Below are positions 9,879 to 18,757 of a DNA stretch of 64,000 nucleotides, one piece after another; position 1 is the first letter of the stretch, and each line of letters opens with the position of its first letter. Where the stretch lies: assembly GCA_023663525.1 (NCBI GenBank), contig JAMPHF010000001.1:682317-746316 (forward strand), written 5' to 3'. The DNA comes from Bacteroides sp. GTDB lineage: Bacteria > Bacteroidota > Bacteroidia > Bacteroidales > Muribaculaceae. The notes below the pieces were generated by a model, which searched no databases, was not told the origin of the DNA, and saw nothing but the letters and a program-made list of their open reading frames with translations. A program made the translations under genes and the position numbers.

Positions 9879-11600
9879 CTACTTCAAGGTGCGGTCGGGC
9901 AGAGGTCTCACCTGGCGGTGGCGGATCTTCCAGATGACAGCATTGAAGGGCGGAATCATTGTGCGGAACGGCATACGGGTGCTAAGTTCCTTGACATCCT
10001 GTTCGCGTGTCAGAAGTTCGGTCGCCATCACCTCGCCTTCGGGGATGTTGAGCATTTCGAATGCGTGGCGCGGGATGTTGATGGCGAGGTCGCAGGAATC
10101 TGTCGAGAAGTTGACGGCTATCACCAGTGTTTCGCCGTCGTATGAACGGAGGAACACATACTGACGGTGAGGATTGAGAGTGGGATTCTGATAGTTGACA
10201 TACATAAGGTCGAAGAAACGACCGTAGGTAATGGCACGCTCGCGGTTGCAGAGTCCGAGGATCGTGCAGTATTTGGCACGCAGCCAGCGTTCGCGCGGGG
10301 TCAACTGTGTCCCGTCCGGACACCCGTCATTGTACCAGCGGCGCAATGTCGCCACGCTCCAGTAGTCGAAGATGGTCGTGCGGCCGTCATAGCCGCTGAA
10401 ACCCTCTGTGTCTGTGGCCTGCTCGCCGAGTTCCTGACCCATGTAGATCATCATCGGGCCTGTCGAGATCATTGAGCTTACGACAAGCGACGGAATGACC
10501 TTCGCCGGATCTCCGGCATAGAACTTTGAGCCGAAACGCTGCTCGTCGTGGTTCTCAAGGAAGTTCAGCATGTTGCCTGAGATACCCTCGACTGTCTGCC
10601 AGCAGTTGGTGATGGTGGCTGCGGAGTAATTCGAGCATTGGATGCCTCGCAGGGTGTCATAGAGATTCACCTTGTCATACAGATAGTCAAAACCGCCTTT
10701 CTCGATGAAGTCACGGTAGATCTTCACGTCATAGAGCTCGGCGATGAATTTGATGCGCGGATAGCGGTCCTTGACATTCGGGATGGCCCACTGCCAGAAC
10801 TCAAGGGGCACCATGTGGGCCATGTCGCATCGGAATCCGTCCACACCCTTGGATGCCCAGAAGCGGAGTATGTGGAGCATCTTCATCCATGTGTCGGGGA
10901 TGGGGCGGTAGTGAGTGCTCCAGTTGCCGGGATCGCGCCCATAGTTCAGCTTCACGGTCTCATACCAGTTGTTGGCGGTCGGAAATGCCGTGAAGCAGTC
11001 ATCGCCCGTAGCCTTTGCGGGAAACTCGATGTAGGCTTTCTTTCCTGTCCCGAGGTCGATGGACGGTGCGAAAAGCTGGCGGGTGATATAGTAGTAGTTG
11101 TTGTTCGGGCTGAAGAACATCTCGGTGTTGTCATCCTCACCGAAGTCGCGGATTCCGGCAGGCTTCACATCGCTGTGGTAACGACGTGCGGTGTGATTCG
11201 GGACAAAATCTATCAGGACATCAAGTCCTGCGTCATGGGTGCGCGCCACAAGAGCCTCAAACTCGCCCATACGGTTCTTGACATCGACCGCAAGGTCAGG
11301 ATCGACATCATAGTAGTCCTTTATGGCGTAGGGCGATCCGGCCTGACCTTTGACCACGTAGGGATTGTCGGGGGGGACAATGCCTTCGTCACTGTAATCT
11401 GTCTTGGTCGCGTGTTCGATGATGCCTGTGTACCAGACGTGTGTCACGCCGAGTTCCTTGATTCCGTTGAGCACAGTTTCCGTGATGTCGTTCATCTTTC
11501 CGCATCCGTTCTGTGCGTATGTGCCGTTAGGCACACAATGATTGTTGGTATTTGTAAATAGTCGTGGTAATAATTGATAGATTATAGGTTTCCGATCCAT
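9879..11600 (-). CDS. GH13 alpha-amylase-family glycoside hydrolase (no signal peptide)
   Basis: All four GH13 conserved regions are present: VLIDFVPNHTA, GVDGFRCDMAH, KFIAELYD and FLENHDEQRF. Confidence 0.9.
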   Translation of the reverse strand: MDRKPIIYQLLPRLFTNTNNHCVPNGTYAQNGCGKMNDITETVLNGIKELGVTHVWYTGIIEHATKTDYSDEGIVPPDNPYVVKGQAGSPYAIKDYYDVDPDLAVDVKNRMGEFEALVARTHDAGLDVLIDFVPNHTARRYHSDVKPAGIRDFGEDDNTEMFFSPNNNYYYITRQLFAPSIDLGTGKKAYIEFPAKATGDDCFTAFPTANNWYETVKLNYGRDPGNWSTHYRPIPDTWMKMLHILRFWASKGVDGFRCDMAHMVPLEFWQWAIPNVKDRYPRIKFIAELYDVKIYRDFIEKGGFDYLYDKVNLYDTLRGIQCSNYSAATITNCWQTVEGISGNMLNFLENHDEQRFGSKFYAGDPAKVIPSLVVSSMISTGPMMIYMGQELGEQATDTEGFSGYDGRTTIFDYWSVATLRRWYNDGCPDGTQLTPRERWLRAKYCTILGLCNRERAITYGRFFDLMYVNYQNPTLNPHRQYVFLRSYDGETLVIAVNFSTDSCDLAINIPRHAFEMLNIPEGEVMATELLTREQDVKELSTRMPFRTMIPPFNAVIWKIRHRQVRPLPDRTLK

Positions 11601-11639
11601 ACGATATTATGTTGTTGCTACGATGTGTGAGTACTGAAT

Positions 11640-12446
11640 TTATTTTTTACGTGAGGCGCGATGTGTGAAGCCTGCATCGAGCAGCATGGAGAGCGTACTG
11701 TCGTAACCGGCTCGGAACACGCGCTTTATTTCCCTAAGGTTAAAGACTTTGTAGGAGGCGATGTCGTCAATGCTTATGGCCACGTCACAGAGTTCCATCT
11801 GTGGTTGGGAGTTATGCTTCACAAGGAGGTCGTAGGTGCGGTGAGCGATGTCCATTATCGAGTGCGGTTTGCCTCGATGAGGGACGGGGCTGCAGTTTAT
11901 GCCGATGAGATATTTGCATTTGTCGCGCAAAGCCCATGCCGGAAGATTTGCGAGGACTCCACCGTCAACGTATGTCACCCCATTGATTCTAACCGGCTTG
12001 AACACGATTGGAATACTGCACGAGGCTGCGATGCAATCGACGATATTTCCCTCCGAGAACGCCACGGATTTGTTGTTGTCGAGGTCAGTCGCGCAAATCA
12101 TGGCGGGGATGGGCAGATCCTCGATTCTTTCGTAGGGAATCTGCTTTCTGAGGAATCTCTTGAAGCCGTCCATCGAAAAGAAACCGTCGCGCGGCACACC
12201 AAGCTCTGCGAAATCACCGAACTTGACATCGCTGAAAGCCGTGACAATATCCTCGGGAGTCATCCCGGACGCATACATAGCCGTGACAACAGAACCCGCG
12301 CTCACACCGGCGATTATGTCGGCCTTTATACCGACTTCCTCCAGCGCAAGCAAAGCTCCTGCATGGGCAAAGCCCCTGGCCCCGCCTCCACTAAGGACAA
12401 GACCAATCTTATACGGCTTTCTTGAAAATTTAAGCATATCAAGCAT
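11640..12446 (-). CDS. Patatin-like phospholipase
   Basis: It has the GGGARG oxyanion motif, the GVSAGS (GxSxG) nucleophile and YVDGGV (the catalytic Asp of the dyad). Confidence 0.9.
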   Translation of the reverse strand: MLDMLKFSRKPYKIGLVLSGGGARGFAHAGALLALEEVGIKADIIAGVSAGSVVTAMYASGMTPEDIVTAFSDVKFGDFAELGVPRDGFFSMDGFKRFLRKQIPYERIEDLPIPAMICATDLDNNKSVAFSEGNIVDCIAASCSIPIVFKPVRINGVTYVDGGVLANLPAWALRDKCKYLIGINCSPVPHRGKPHSIMDIAHRTYDLLVKHNSQPQMELCDVAISIDDIASYKVFNLREIKRVFRAGYDSTLSMLLDAGFTHRASRKK

Positions 12447-12526
12447 GACGGATGCAAATTTACGACATTTCCATGAAGTTCAAACAATCATGAATGTTAA
12501 TTATCGGTCAGATAATAAGTATATGT

Positions 12527-12590
12527 GCATGTCCCGACGATAAAATCTCTGTCGCTTACATATCATTATGTCCCTCTGCACCCCTTTCAG
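12527..12590. repeat. Solo arm of the GGGACA/AACAG mosaic hairpin-element family (right-arm orientation)
   Basis: The reverse complement reads ctgaaaggggtgcagagggacataatgatatgtaagcgacagagattttatcgtcgggacatgc. It shares the GAAAGGGG...GGGACATAATGA...AAGCnACAGAgATTTTA order with the arms at 40188 and 47302. Confidence 0.5.
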
Positions 12591-12593
12591 CCA

Positions 12594-12627
12594 TTCCCAT
12601 TTTCCCGTCTCTCCGTGGGAATGGGAA
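12594..12627. repeat. Left copy of a 34-bp inverted repeat
   Basis: The reverse complement of ttcccattttcccgtctctccgtgggaatgggaa matches 12989-13022 at 33 of 34 positions. The copy is also internally self-complementary (cccattttccc / gggaaaatggg). Confidence 0.85.
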
Positions 12628-12714
12628 AATGGGAAAAATAGTGAAACGCGCTCTCATTTTTGCGTTATCGCACCATTTAGGGAGTGATTCGGCATTAATT
12701 TTGCACTATACATC

Positions 12715-12860
12715 CATACATATATATGCACTCTACCTCTCTTATAAGAGATAGTGAGGAGAGGCATGTATATATGTGTCATATACAGGCATATATATTA
12801 TAGCATGTGCTATATGTGTCAATATATATAGAGACATATATATATATGGCATATATGAAT
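12715..12860. repeat. Low-complexity alternating purine-pyrimidine (CATATATA/GTGT) AT-rich core
   Basis: It contains runs such as acatatatatgcac, gcatgtatatatgtgt, gcatatatat and acatatatatatat, and a 12-bp palindrome ctcttataagag (12739-12750). It is followed by a 10-bp inverted repeat, gtacggacat (12861-12870) paired with atgtccgtac (12894-12903). Confidence 0.8.
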
Positions 12861-12988
12861 GTACGGACATGCCTTTGGCATGTTTGAATAGATATGTCCG
12901 TACAATTGAATTGCCGGTTGATTGCAAATAATCGCTGATTTATCGCAAACAAGCCAGAGGCATGTCCATACGACAAACTATAAGAAAA

Positions 12989-13022
12989 TTCCCATTCCCA
13001 CGGAGAGGCGGGAAAATGGGAA
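12989..13022. repeat. Right copy of the 34-bp inverted repeat, followed by further GGGAAAAT words
   Basis: The sequence is ttcccattcccacggagaggcgggaaaatgggaa. Downstream, 13023-13080 carries gggaaaat three more times plus an attcccatt / aatgggaat hairpin. Confidence 0.85.
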
Positions 13023-13230
13023 ATTCCCATTCCTGCGGGAAAATGGGAAAATGGGAATCCGTAAGGGAAAATCCGTAGGGACACGGACTTATTCTCCCAC
13101 CGATAGCACACAAATATTTGCAGACCTCCTGCCTGTATGGTTAAAATTCAGAATGACCGTTCATCGGTCAGAGCTTTGATACTGTCTTTGCTCTTGATGG
13201 TCATTCGTGTAGTTGGTCTTCGACTGTTTC

Positions 13231-14526
13231 TCAGCTCATGATTTTGTCATAGAGCTTTTGGAATTTGAGGGCGATTTCGGCGTTGCAGAGATTGTTGATT
13301 GAGCCGACATGGGTGTGGTGGACGGAGCGGACGGGGCGATATGTGCCGTCCTGGACTTCGTGACCCACTTTCTTGTATGCCTCACGGAACGGCATACCCT
13401 GGAGGACGAGGCGGTTCACTTCCTCTACGGTAAAGAGATAGTCGTAGCGCGGGTCATTGATTATGTCGGGTTTCACGCGTATGTGCTGAAGCATGAAGTC
13501 AGCCATGTCGAGACAGGAAATCATCTCGGTGGTGGCGGGGAAAATGATGTCTTTGAGCAACTGGAGGTCGCGGTTGTAGCCGAGGGGGAGGTTGGCTGTC
13601 AGCAGTGCAATCTCATTCTGTATGGACTGCAGACGGTTGCATTTGCCACGCATTATCTCGAACACGTCGGGGTTCTTCTTGTGAGGCATGATGGATGAGC
13701 CGGTGGTGAGTTCATCGGGGAACGAGATGAATCCGAAGTTCTGACACATCCACAGGCAGACATCCATGGCGAGATGACCGAGAGTCGATGCAATCGCGCT
13801 TATGGCCATCGAAGCGGCGCGCTCGGTCTTGCCTCTCGACATCTGTGCGGCAACGACATTGTAGTGGAGGGTCTCGAAACCGAGCAGACGGGTGGTCATC
13901 TCGCGGTCGAGCGGGAACGATGACCCATAGCCTGCGGCAGAGCCGAGCGGATTTTGGTTGGCGACATTGTAGGCAGCCACGAGCATCTGCATGTCGTCGG
14001 CAAGCGATTCGGCGTATGCCCCGAACCACAGACCGAAAGATGAGGGCATGGCGACCTGAAGATGGGTGTAGCCGGGCATGAGGACTTCCTTGTATTCCTC
14101 GCTCAGAGTCTGGAGGCGGTCAAAGAGACGCTTGACGGCTTCGGCGACATGGCGCAGCTCGTCGCGCATGAACAGCTTGAGGTCAACGAGCACCTGGTCG
14201 TTGCGTGACCGTCCGGAGTGGATTTTCTTGCCGACATCGCCGAGCTTGGCTGTCAGCATGAATTCCACCTGCGAGTGGACATCCTCGACACCCGGCTCGA
14301 TGGTGAATTCCCCACGCTCGATGATTTCAGCTATCTCGCCGAGGGCTTTCAGCAGGATTTCAAGTTCATCGGATGTGAGCAGACCGATGCTCTCAAGCAT
14401 TTTGATGTGGGCCATCGATCCCTGCACGTCATATTTTGCAAGTCGCAGATCAAGTTCACGGTCATTGCCGACGGTGAACTCCTCAATCATTTTGTCCGGC
14501 TCGAAGCCTTTGCTCCAAAGTTTCAT
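13231..14526 (-). CDS. argH: Argininosuccinate lyase
   Basis: It carries the fumarate-lyase signature GSSIMPHKKNPD and begins MKLWSKGFE.... It is the last gene of the arg cluster. Confidence 0.95.
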   Translation of the reverse strand: MKLWSKGFEPDKMIEEFTVGNDRELDLRLAKYDVQGSMAHIKMLESIGLLTSDELEILLKALGEIAEIIERGEFTIEPGVEDVHSQVEFMLTAKLGDVGKKIHSGRSRNDQVLVDLKLFMRDELRHVAEAVKRLFDRLQTLSEEYKEVLMPGYTHLQVAMPSSFGLWFGAYAESLADDMQMLVAAYNVANQNPLGSAAGYGSSFPLDREMTTRLLGFETLHYNVVAAQMSRGKTERAASMAISAIASTLGHLAMDVCLWMCQNFGFISFPDELTTGSSIMPHKKNPDVFEIMRGKCNRLQSIQNEIALLTANLPLGYNRDLQLLKDIIFPATTEMISCLDMADFMLQHIRVKPDIINDPRYDYLFTVEEVNRLVLQGMPFREAYKKVGHEVQDGTYRPVRSVHHTHVGSINNLCNAEIALKFQKLYDKIMS

Positions 14527-14536
14527 TTATGGATGG

Positions 14537-15613
14537 TTATGGTGTTGTTAAGTTCAGTGTTTCAATTAGTTGGCGGTAGATGCGGACGGCATCTTCGATT
14601 TCGCTGACGAGGACAAACTCGTCGGCTGAATGGCTTCGGGATGACTGTCCCGGTCCGATTTTGAGCGAGGGGAAGTCATGCATGAGCGACATGTCGCTTG
14701 TGGTGGGCGAGACAAATGTGGTGCATCCGAGCGCACGCGCACTCCTGACGAGCGGATGGCTGTCGGCGATGACCGATGCGCGCACGCGGGTGGAACGCGG
14801 GGTGAGTGTTGACCATTTGACCGCACCGCGCAGCAGGCTGACCGTATCCTCATTGCTGAAAGCATCAGTGGTGCGTATGTCCACCACCCATCGACATTCG
14901 TCGGGAATGGCGTTGTGCTGCCATCCGGCGTTGATTTGAGTTATGTTGACACTCACATCGCCGAGTGTGTCGGATACTTTCGGGAAGCGGAAGCTGCGCA
15001 GGGCTTCGATGTCGTCAATGGCACGGTAGATGGCGTTTATGCCTTCGCCTCGGGCGGCATGTCCGGTCACTCCGGGTGTCACGCAGTCGAGGACGACCAA
15101 TCCACGCTCTGCCACGGCGGCCTGCATCCTGGTTGGTTCGCCGACAATCGCACAATCGATGGTGATACCCTCTCCGGCGATATGGGGCAGGAATGCGCGC
15201 ATACCGTTCTCTCCTCCGACTTCCTCCTCGGCAGTTATGGCAAGAAGCATGTTGAAGGGGAGGGGAGTTGTGTGCAGGTCGATGAATGTCTGCATCAGAG
15301 CCACGGCTGAGGCTCCCGCATCGTTGCTGCCGAGTCCGTAGAGCCGTCCGTCTTCCAGAGTCGGAGTGTAGGGGTCGCGGGTGTAGGAGGCTGCCGGTTT
15401 CACGGTGTCATGGTGGGAGTTGAGCAGCAATGTGGGGCGTGAGGGGTCAAAATTTTCAGACAGCGCGTAGACGTTGTTGCGGAATCGCTTCGGCGACACT
15501 CCGGCTTGGGCGAGCCAATCATGGATGACAGTCGCCGTCCCCTCCTCCTGACGTGAGATGGAGGGGGTGGCTATCATTTTCGACAGGAGTCCTATTATGT
15601 CGGGTCGGCTCAT
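14537..15613 (-). CDS. argE: M20-family deacylase (ArgE-like; predicted N-succinyl/acetyl-citrulline or -ornithine deacylase)
   Basis: The M20 motifs are LLLNSHHDTV, GLGSNDAGAS and ITAEEEVGGENG. The track start (GTG 15643) overlaps argB, so I prefer ATG 15613, which is 8 nt after the argB stop. Confidence 0.8.
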   Translation of the reverse strand: MSRPDIIGLLSKMIATPSISRQEEGTATVIHDWLAQAGVSPKRFRNNVYALSENFDPSRPTLLLNSHHDTVKPAASYTRDPYTPTLEDGRLYGLGSNDAGASAVALMQTFIDLHTTPLPFNMLLAITAEEEVGGENGMRAFLPHIAGEGITIDCAIVGEPTRMQAAVAERGLVVLDCVTPGVTGHAARGEGINAIYRAIDDIEALRSFRFPKVSDTLGDVSVNITQINAGWQHNAIPDECRWVVDIRTTDAFSNEDTVSLLRGAVKWSTLTPRSTRVRASVIADSHPLVRSARALGCTTFVSPTTSDMSLMHDFPSLKIGPGQSSRSHSADEFVLVSEIEDAVRIYRQLIETLNLTTP

Positions 15614-15620
15614 GGTGGGT

Positions 15621-16400
15621 TCAGTTTTTGATGACTGTGCCACGGTCGGTGGCGAGTGCGTCGGAATGTTTGATGGTCACGCTTCTGACACCCGAATTGA
15701 CAGCCTTGAAGGCATTGTCGATTTTGGGGATCATCCCCTTGCTGACAATCCCGCGCCCGCGCAAATCTGCATAGACGGCAGGGGTGATGAGCGGGATGAG
15801 CGAGTCGGGGCGGTCGATGTCCTCCATGACTCCGGGTTGCTCAAAGCAGAATATGAGTTCGGTCGGTGTCACGCGCGATGCTCCTACGGCAACTGACGAG
15901 GCGATGGTGTCGGCGTTGCAGTTGAGGAGCGTCCCTTTCCCGTCGTGGGTTATGGCGCAGTAGACCGGAGTGATTCCTGCATCGAGAAGCGATGCGATCA
16001 GCCGGGAGTTGACTCCTTCGGGAGCAATGTCGCCGACAAAGCCGTAGTCAATCGGGGTGGCTGGTCGCTTGGTGGCGGTGATGGCGTTTGCATCGGCTCC
16101 GGTCAGACCGAGGGCATTACATCCGGCTGCCTGGAGCATTGAGACGATGCGCTTGTTGACGAGTCCGGCATAGACCATCGTCACGACATCGAGCGTCTCA
16201 CGGGTGGTGACGCGGCGTCCCTCGATCATAGTGGTGGGGATGTCGAGTTTCGCGCTCATGCGGGTTGCCTCTTTCCCTCCGCCGTGGACGAGGATTTTCT
16301 TTCCGGGCAGTTTCACGAAGTCACCTATGAAGCGGGCGAGTGCTTCGGGATTGTCCACCACATTTCCACCGATTTTTATAACTTTAACCGTTTCTTCCAT
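15621..16400 (-). CDS. argB: Acetylglutamate kinase-family enzyme (N-acyl-glutamate kinase)
   Basis: The amino-acid-kinase fold motifs VIKIGGNVV and ILVHGGGKEA are present, in the arg cluster context. Confidence 0.9.
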   Translation of the reverse strand: MEETVKVIKIGGNVVDNPEALARFIGDFVKLPGKKILVHGGGKEATRMSAKLDIPTTMIEGRRVTTRETLDVVTMVYAGLVNKRIVSMLQAAGCNALGLTGADANAITATKRPATPIDYGFVGDIAPEGVNSRLIASLLDAGITPVYCAITHDGKGTLLNCNADTIASSVAVGASRVTPTELIFCFEQPGVMEDIDRPDSLIPLITPAVYADLRGRGIVSKGMIPKIDNAFKAVNSGVRSVTIKHSDALATDRGTVIKN

Positions 16401-16416
16401 TGTGCAGATGTTGGTG

Positions 16417-17370
16417 TCAGAGACTTTCGAGAATGCGCTTCAGGACAACCTGCGCAGAGATTTCGCGGTTGGCTGCTTCAGGGATGACAATGCTGCGCTC
16501 GGATTCGATGACATCGTCGGTCACGATCATGTTTCGACGCACCGGGAGGCAGTGCATGAAGAAAGCATTGTCCGTCAGTCCCATTTTCTCGGTATCGACT
16601 GTCCATGCGCGGTCGGTCGAGAGGACTTTGCCGTAGTTAGGGTCGGCGAAAGCACTCCAGTTTTTCGCATAGACGAAGTCTGCGCCTTCGAGAGCCTTGC
16701 GCTGGTCGTACTCCACACGTGCGTTGCCCACAAATTCAGGCGCGAGCTCGTAGCCGTGGGGATGGGTGATGACAAATTCATAGTCAGTGGCGTTCATCCA
16801 TTCGGCAAATGAGTTGGGGACGGCCTGAGGGAGAGCGCGGGGGTGAGGCGTCCAGGTCATGACCACTTTCGGACGTTTCTTGGTCTTGAATTCCTCAATG
16901 GTGATGAGGTCGGCGAAGCTCTGGAGCGGATGGCGTGTGGCAGCCTCCATGCTGAAGACCGGGCGGCCGGAGTATTTGATGAACTGGTTGATGACGCGCT
17001 CCTCATAGTCCTCGGCTTTGTCCTTCAGTCCTGCGAATGAGCGTACTCCGATTATGTCGCAATATGAACCCATGACGGGAATGGCCTCAAGGAGATGTTC
17101 GGCCTTGTCGCCGTCCATGATCACACCACGCTCTGTCTCAAGTTTCCATGCTCCCTGATTGACATCGAGGACAATCACGTTCATGCCGAGATTCATTGCC
17201 GCTTTCTGTGTGCTGAGACGGGTGCGGAGACTCGAATTGAAGAATATCATCATCAGAGTCTTGTTCTTGCCGAGGTTGGTGTAGGCAAAACGGTCGGCCT
17301 TGACCTCAAGTGCTTCCTTGACGGCGAGGTCAAGAGGTCCTATATCTTTTACGTTTGTGAAATTGCGCAT
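16417..17370 (-). CDS. argF: N-succinyl-L-ornithine carbamoyltransferase-type transcarbamylase (ArgF')
   Basis: The motifs are FFNSSLRTRLST (carbamoyl-phosphate site), ATRHPLQSFADL and FMHCLPVRRN. The protein is nearly colinear with the B. fragilis ArgF' sequence as I remember it, starting at MRNFTNVKDIG. ATG 17370 is therefore preferred over the track start at 17418. Confidence 0.88.
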   Translation of the reverse strand: MRNFTNVKDIGPLDLAVKEALEVKADRFAYTNLGKNKTLMMIFFNSSLRTRLSTQKAAMNLGMNVIVLDVNQGAWKLETERGVIMDGDKAEHLLEAIPVMGSYCDIIGVRSFAGLKDKAEDYEERVINQFIKYSGRPVFSMEAATRHPLQSFADLITIEEFKTKKRPKVVMTWTPHPRALPQAVPNSFAEWMNATDYEFVITHPHGYELAPEFVGNARVEYDQRKALEGADFVYAKNWSAFADPNYGKVLSTDRAWTVDTEKMGLTDNAFFMHCLPVRRNMIVTDDVIESERSIVIPEAANREISAQVVLKRILESL

Positions 17371-17417
17371 GTCGGTAGTTGTTGATTGATGGAATTTGTT
17401 TATGCGTTGTGTGGTCA

Positions 17418-18560
17418 TTACTTGTCATCGAGCACTTCCTTGAAGGCTTCAATGAAGACTTTTGCGTGGGAGCGTGGGAGCGAGAGCGGCGGGAGCAGAC
17501 GCACGGTGTGTTCTCCCGCACCGCCGGTGAAGATGTGCTTGTCAAAGAGAAGACGCTTGCGCAGCTCGGGGGCTGACCCCTTGATCTCAATGCCTATCAT
17601 GAGACCTCGTCCGCGCACTTCGACAATCTCGGGATGGGTGGCGGCAAGGTTGTTAAGCTCCTCAATGAGATATTCGCCCACGGCGGCGGCATTGGAGATC
17701 ATGTTTTCCGTCTCCATCACGTCGATGACGGCTATGGCAGCGGCACATGCGAGGTGGCTTCCGCCGAATGTGGTCCCGAGCATTCCCTTGACGGGCTTGA
17801 TTTTCGGGGAGATGAGCACTGCTCCCATCGGGAATCCGTTGGCTATGCCTTTGGCGCAGGTGATGATGTCGGGTTTGATGCCGGAATATTGATGGGCGAA
17901 GAAGCGGCCCGTGCGTCCGTAGCCCGACTGGATTTCGTCGAGGATGAGCATGACTCCATACTTGTTGCACAGCTCGCGGAGACGGCGGAGGAATGAGTCG
18001 TCAACCATGCGTATGCCGGCCACACCCTGGATTCCCTCGACTATTACTCCTGCAAATTCGCCTGTCGAGAGTTTTACCTCGACTGCCTCAATGTCGTTGA
18101 GCGGGACGAACTCCACATTTTCGGTCGAATTGAATGGTGATTGAATCTTGGGGTTGTCGGTCACGGCCACGGCTCCGGATGTGCGTCCGTGGAAGGCTTT
18201 GTCGAACGCAAGGATTTTCTTCTTGCCCGTATGGAACGAGGCAAGTTTCATCGCGTTCTCGTTGGCTTCCGCGCCTGAGTTGCAGAGAAACAGGGCATAG
18301 TCATTGTAGCCCGAGATGCGTCCGAGGCGGTCGGCGAGCTGCTGCTGGAGGGAGTTTTTCACGGAGTTGGAGTAGAATCCGAGCCGTGAGACTTGGTTGG
18401 CGATTGCGGTCACGTAGGTATGATGGGCATGACCGATGGAGATGACGGCATGTCCTCCATACAGGTCGAGATATTGAGTCCCGTCGGCTGTGTAAACATG
18501 ATTGCCGAGACCGCGTACAGGCTCAATGTCATATAGTGAATAAACGTCGAAAAGAGTCAT
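17418..18560 (-). CDS. argD: Class-III aminotransferase (acyl-ornithine aminotransferase)
   Basis: It has LILDEIQSGYGRTGRFF and the PLP-lysine context DIITCAKGIANGFP. Confidence 0.9.
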   Translation of the reverse strand: MTLFDVYSLYDIEPVRGLGNHVYTADGTQYLDLYGGHAVISIGHAHHTYVTAIANQVSRLGFYSNSVKNSLQQQLADRLGRISGYNDYALFLCNSGAEANENAMKLASFHTGKKKILAFDKAFHGRTSGAVAVTDNPKIQSPFNSTENVEFVPLNDIEAVEVKLSTGEFAGVIVEGIQGVAGIRMVDDSFLRRLRELCNKYGVMLILDEIQSGYGRTGRFFAHQYSGIKPDIITCAKGIANGFPMGAVLISPKIKPVKGMLGTTFGGSHLACAAAIAVIDVMETENMISNAAAVGEYLIEELNNLAATHPEIVEVRGRGLMIGIEIKGSAPELRKRLLFDKHIFTGGAGEHTVRLLPPLSLPRSHAKVFIEAFKEVLDDK

Positions 18561-18579
18561 AAAAAAACGAGGTTTTTTT

Positions 18580-18670
18580 AAGTGTTAGGTTTTAGGTTTT
18601 AAGTTTTAAGTGTTGAGTATTAAGTGTTAAGTATTAAGTGTTAAGTATTAAATGCTAAGTATTAAGTCTT
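18580..18670. repeat. Tandem array of 13 heptamers (consensus AAGTnTT) between argC and argD
   Basis: The units read, in register: aagtgtt aggtttt aggtttt aagtttt aagtgtt gagtatt aagtgtt aagtatt aagtgtt aagtatt aaatgct aagtatt aagtctt. Confidence 0.9.
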
Positions 18671-18707
18671 TAGGCATCAAACGTTAGCAACCGGACATTA
18701 TTCCTTG

Positions 18708-18757
18708 ACACTTAATACTTTATCCTTAATACTTCATTATAAAATCCTTAACACTTC
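18708..18757. repeat. Reverse-complement blocks of the heptamer array
   Basis: acacttaatactt (18708-18720) is the perfect complement of aagtattaagtgt (18629-18641). ccttaatacttc and ccttaacacttc follow. Together with 18580-18670 this could form a long imperfect hairpin. Confidence 0.7.

Noticed and set aside
10638-11561. Long ORFs antisense to recognised genes. Examples: 292-867, 10638-11561, 11661-12425, 18989-19819, 22972-23565, 29505-30284, 30447-31103, 31365-32030, 43779-44876, 45113-46012, 52489-53169.
   Set aside because: Each lies opposite a gene with clear family motifs. Their products are low-complexity, with Arg/Gly/Val/His-rich shadow-frame composition and no recognisable motif.
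12715-12860. Replication origin (AT-rich unwinding element).
   Set aside because: I found no TTATCCACA-type DnaA boxes in or around the spacer, and there is no dnaA/dnaN context.
12494-13179. Four 61-110-aa ORFs reported in the 12.45-13.23 kb spacer.
   Set aside because: They are translations of repeats (e.g. MGKMGIRKGK, YIYMSLYI), overlap each other on both strands, and have no start context.
12447-13230. Insertion sequence or MITE with terminal inverted repeats.
   Set aside because: There is no transposase ORF and I could see no obvious target-site duplication next to the 34-bp repeats. It is kept as a finding only as an inverted-repeat-bounded segment of unknown nature.
15614-15643. GTG start of the argE-like gene overlapping argB by 23 nt.
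   Set aside because: An ATG at 15613, 8 nt after the argB stop, gives a normal junction and the M20 homology begins after it. The overlap cannot be excluded without data.
18580-18670. Possible CRISPR array (also considered for 51643-51750).
   Set aside because: The units are 7 bp and 9 bp, directly abutting with no spacers. The second array is in-frame coding sequence. No cas genes are in the window.
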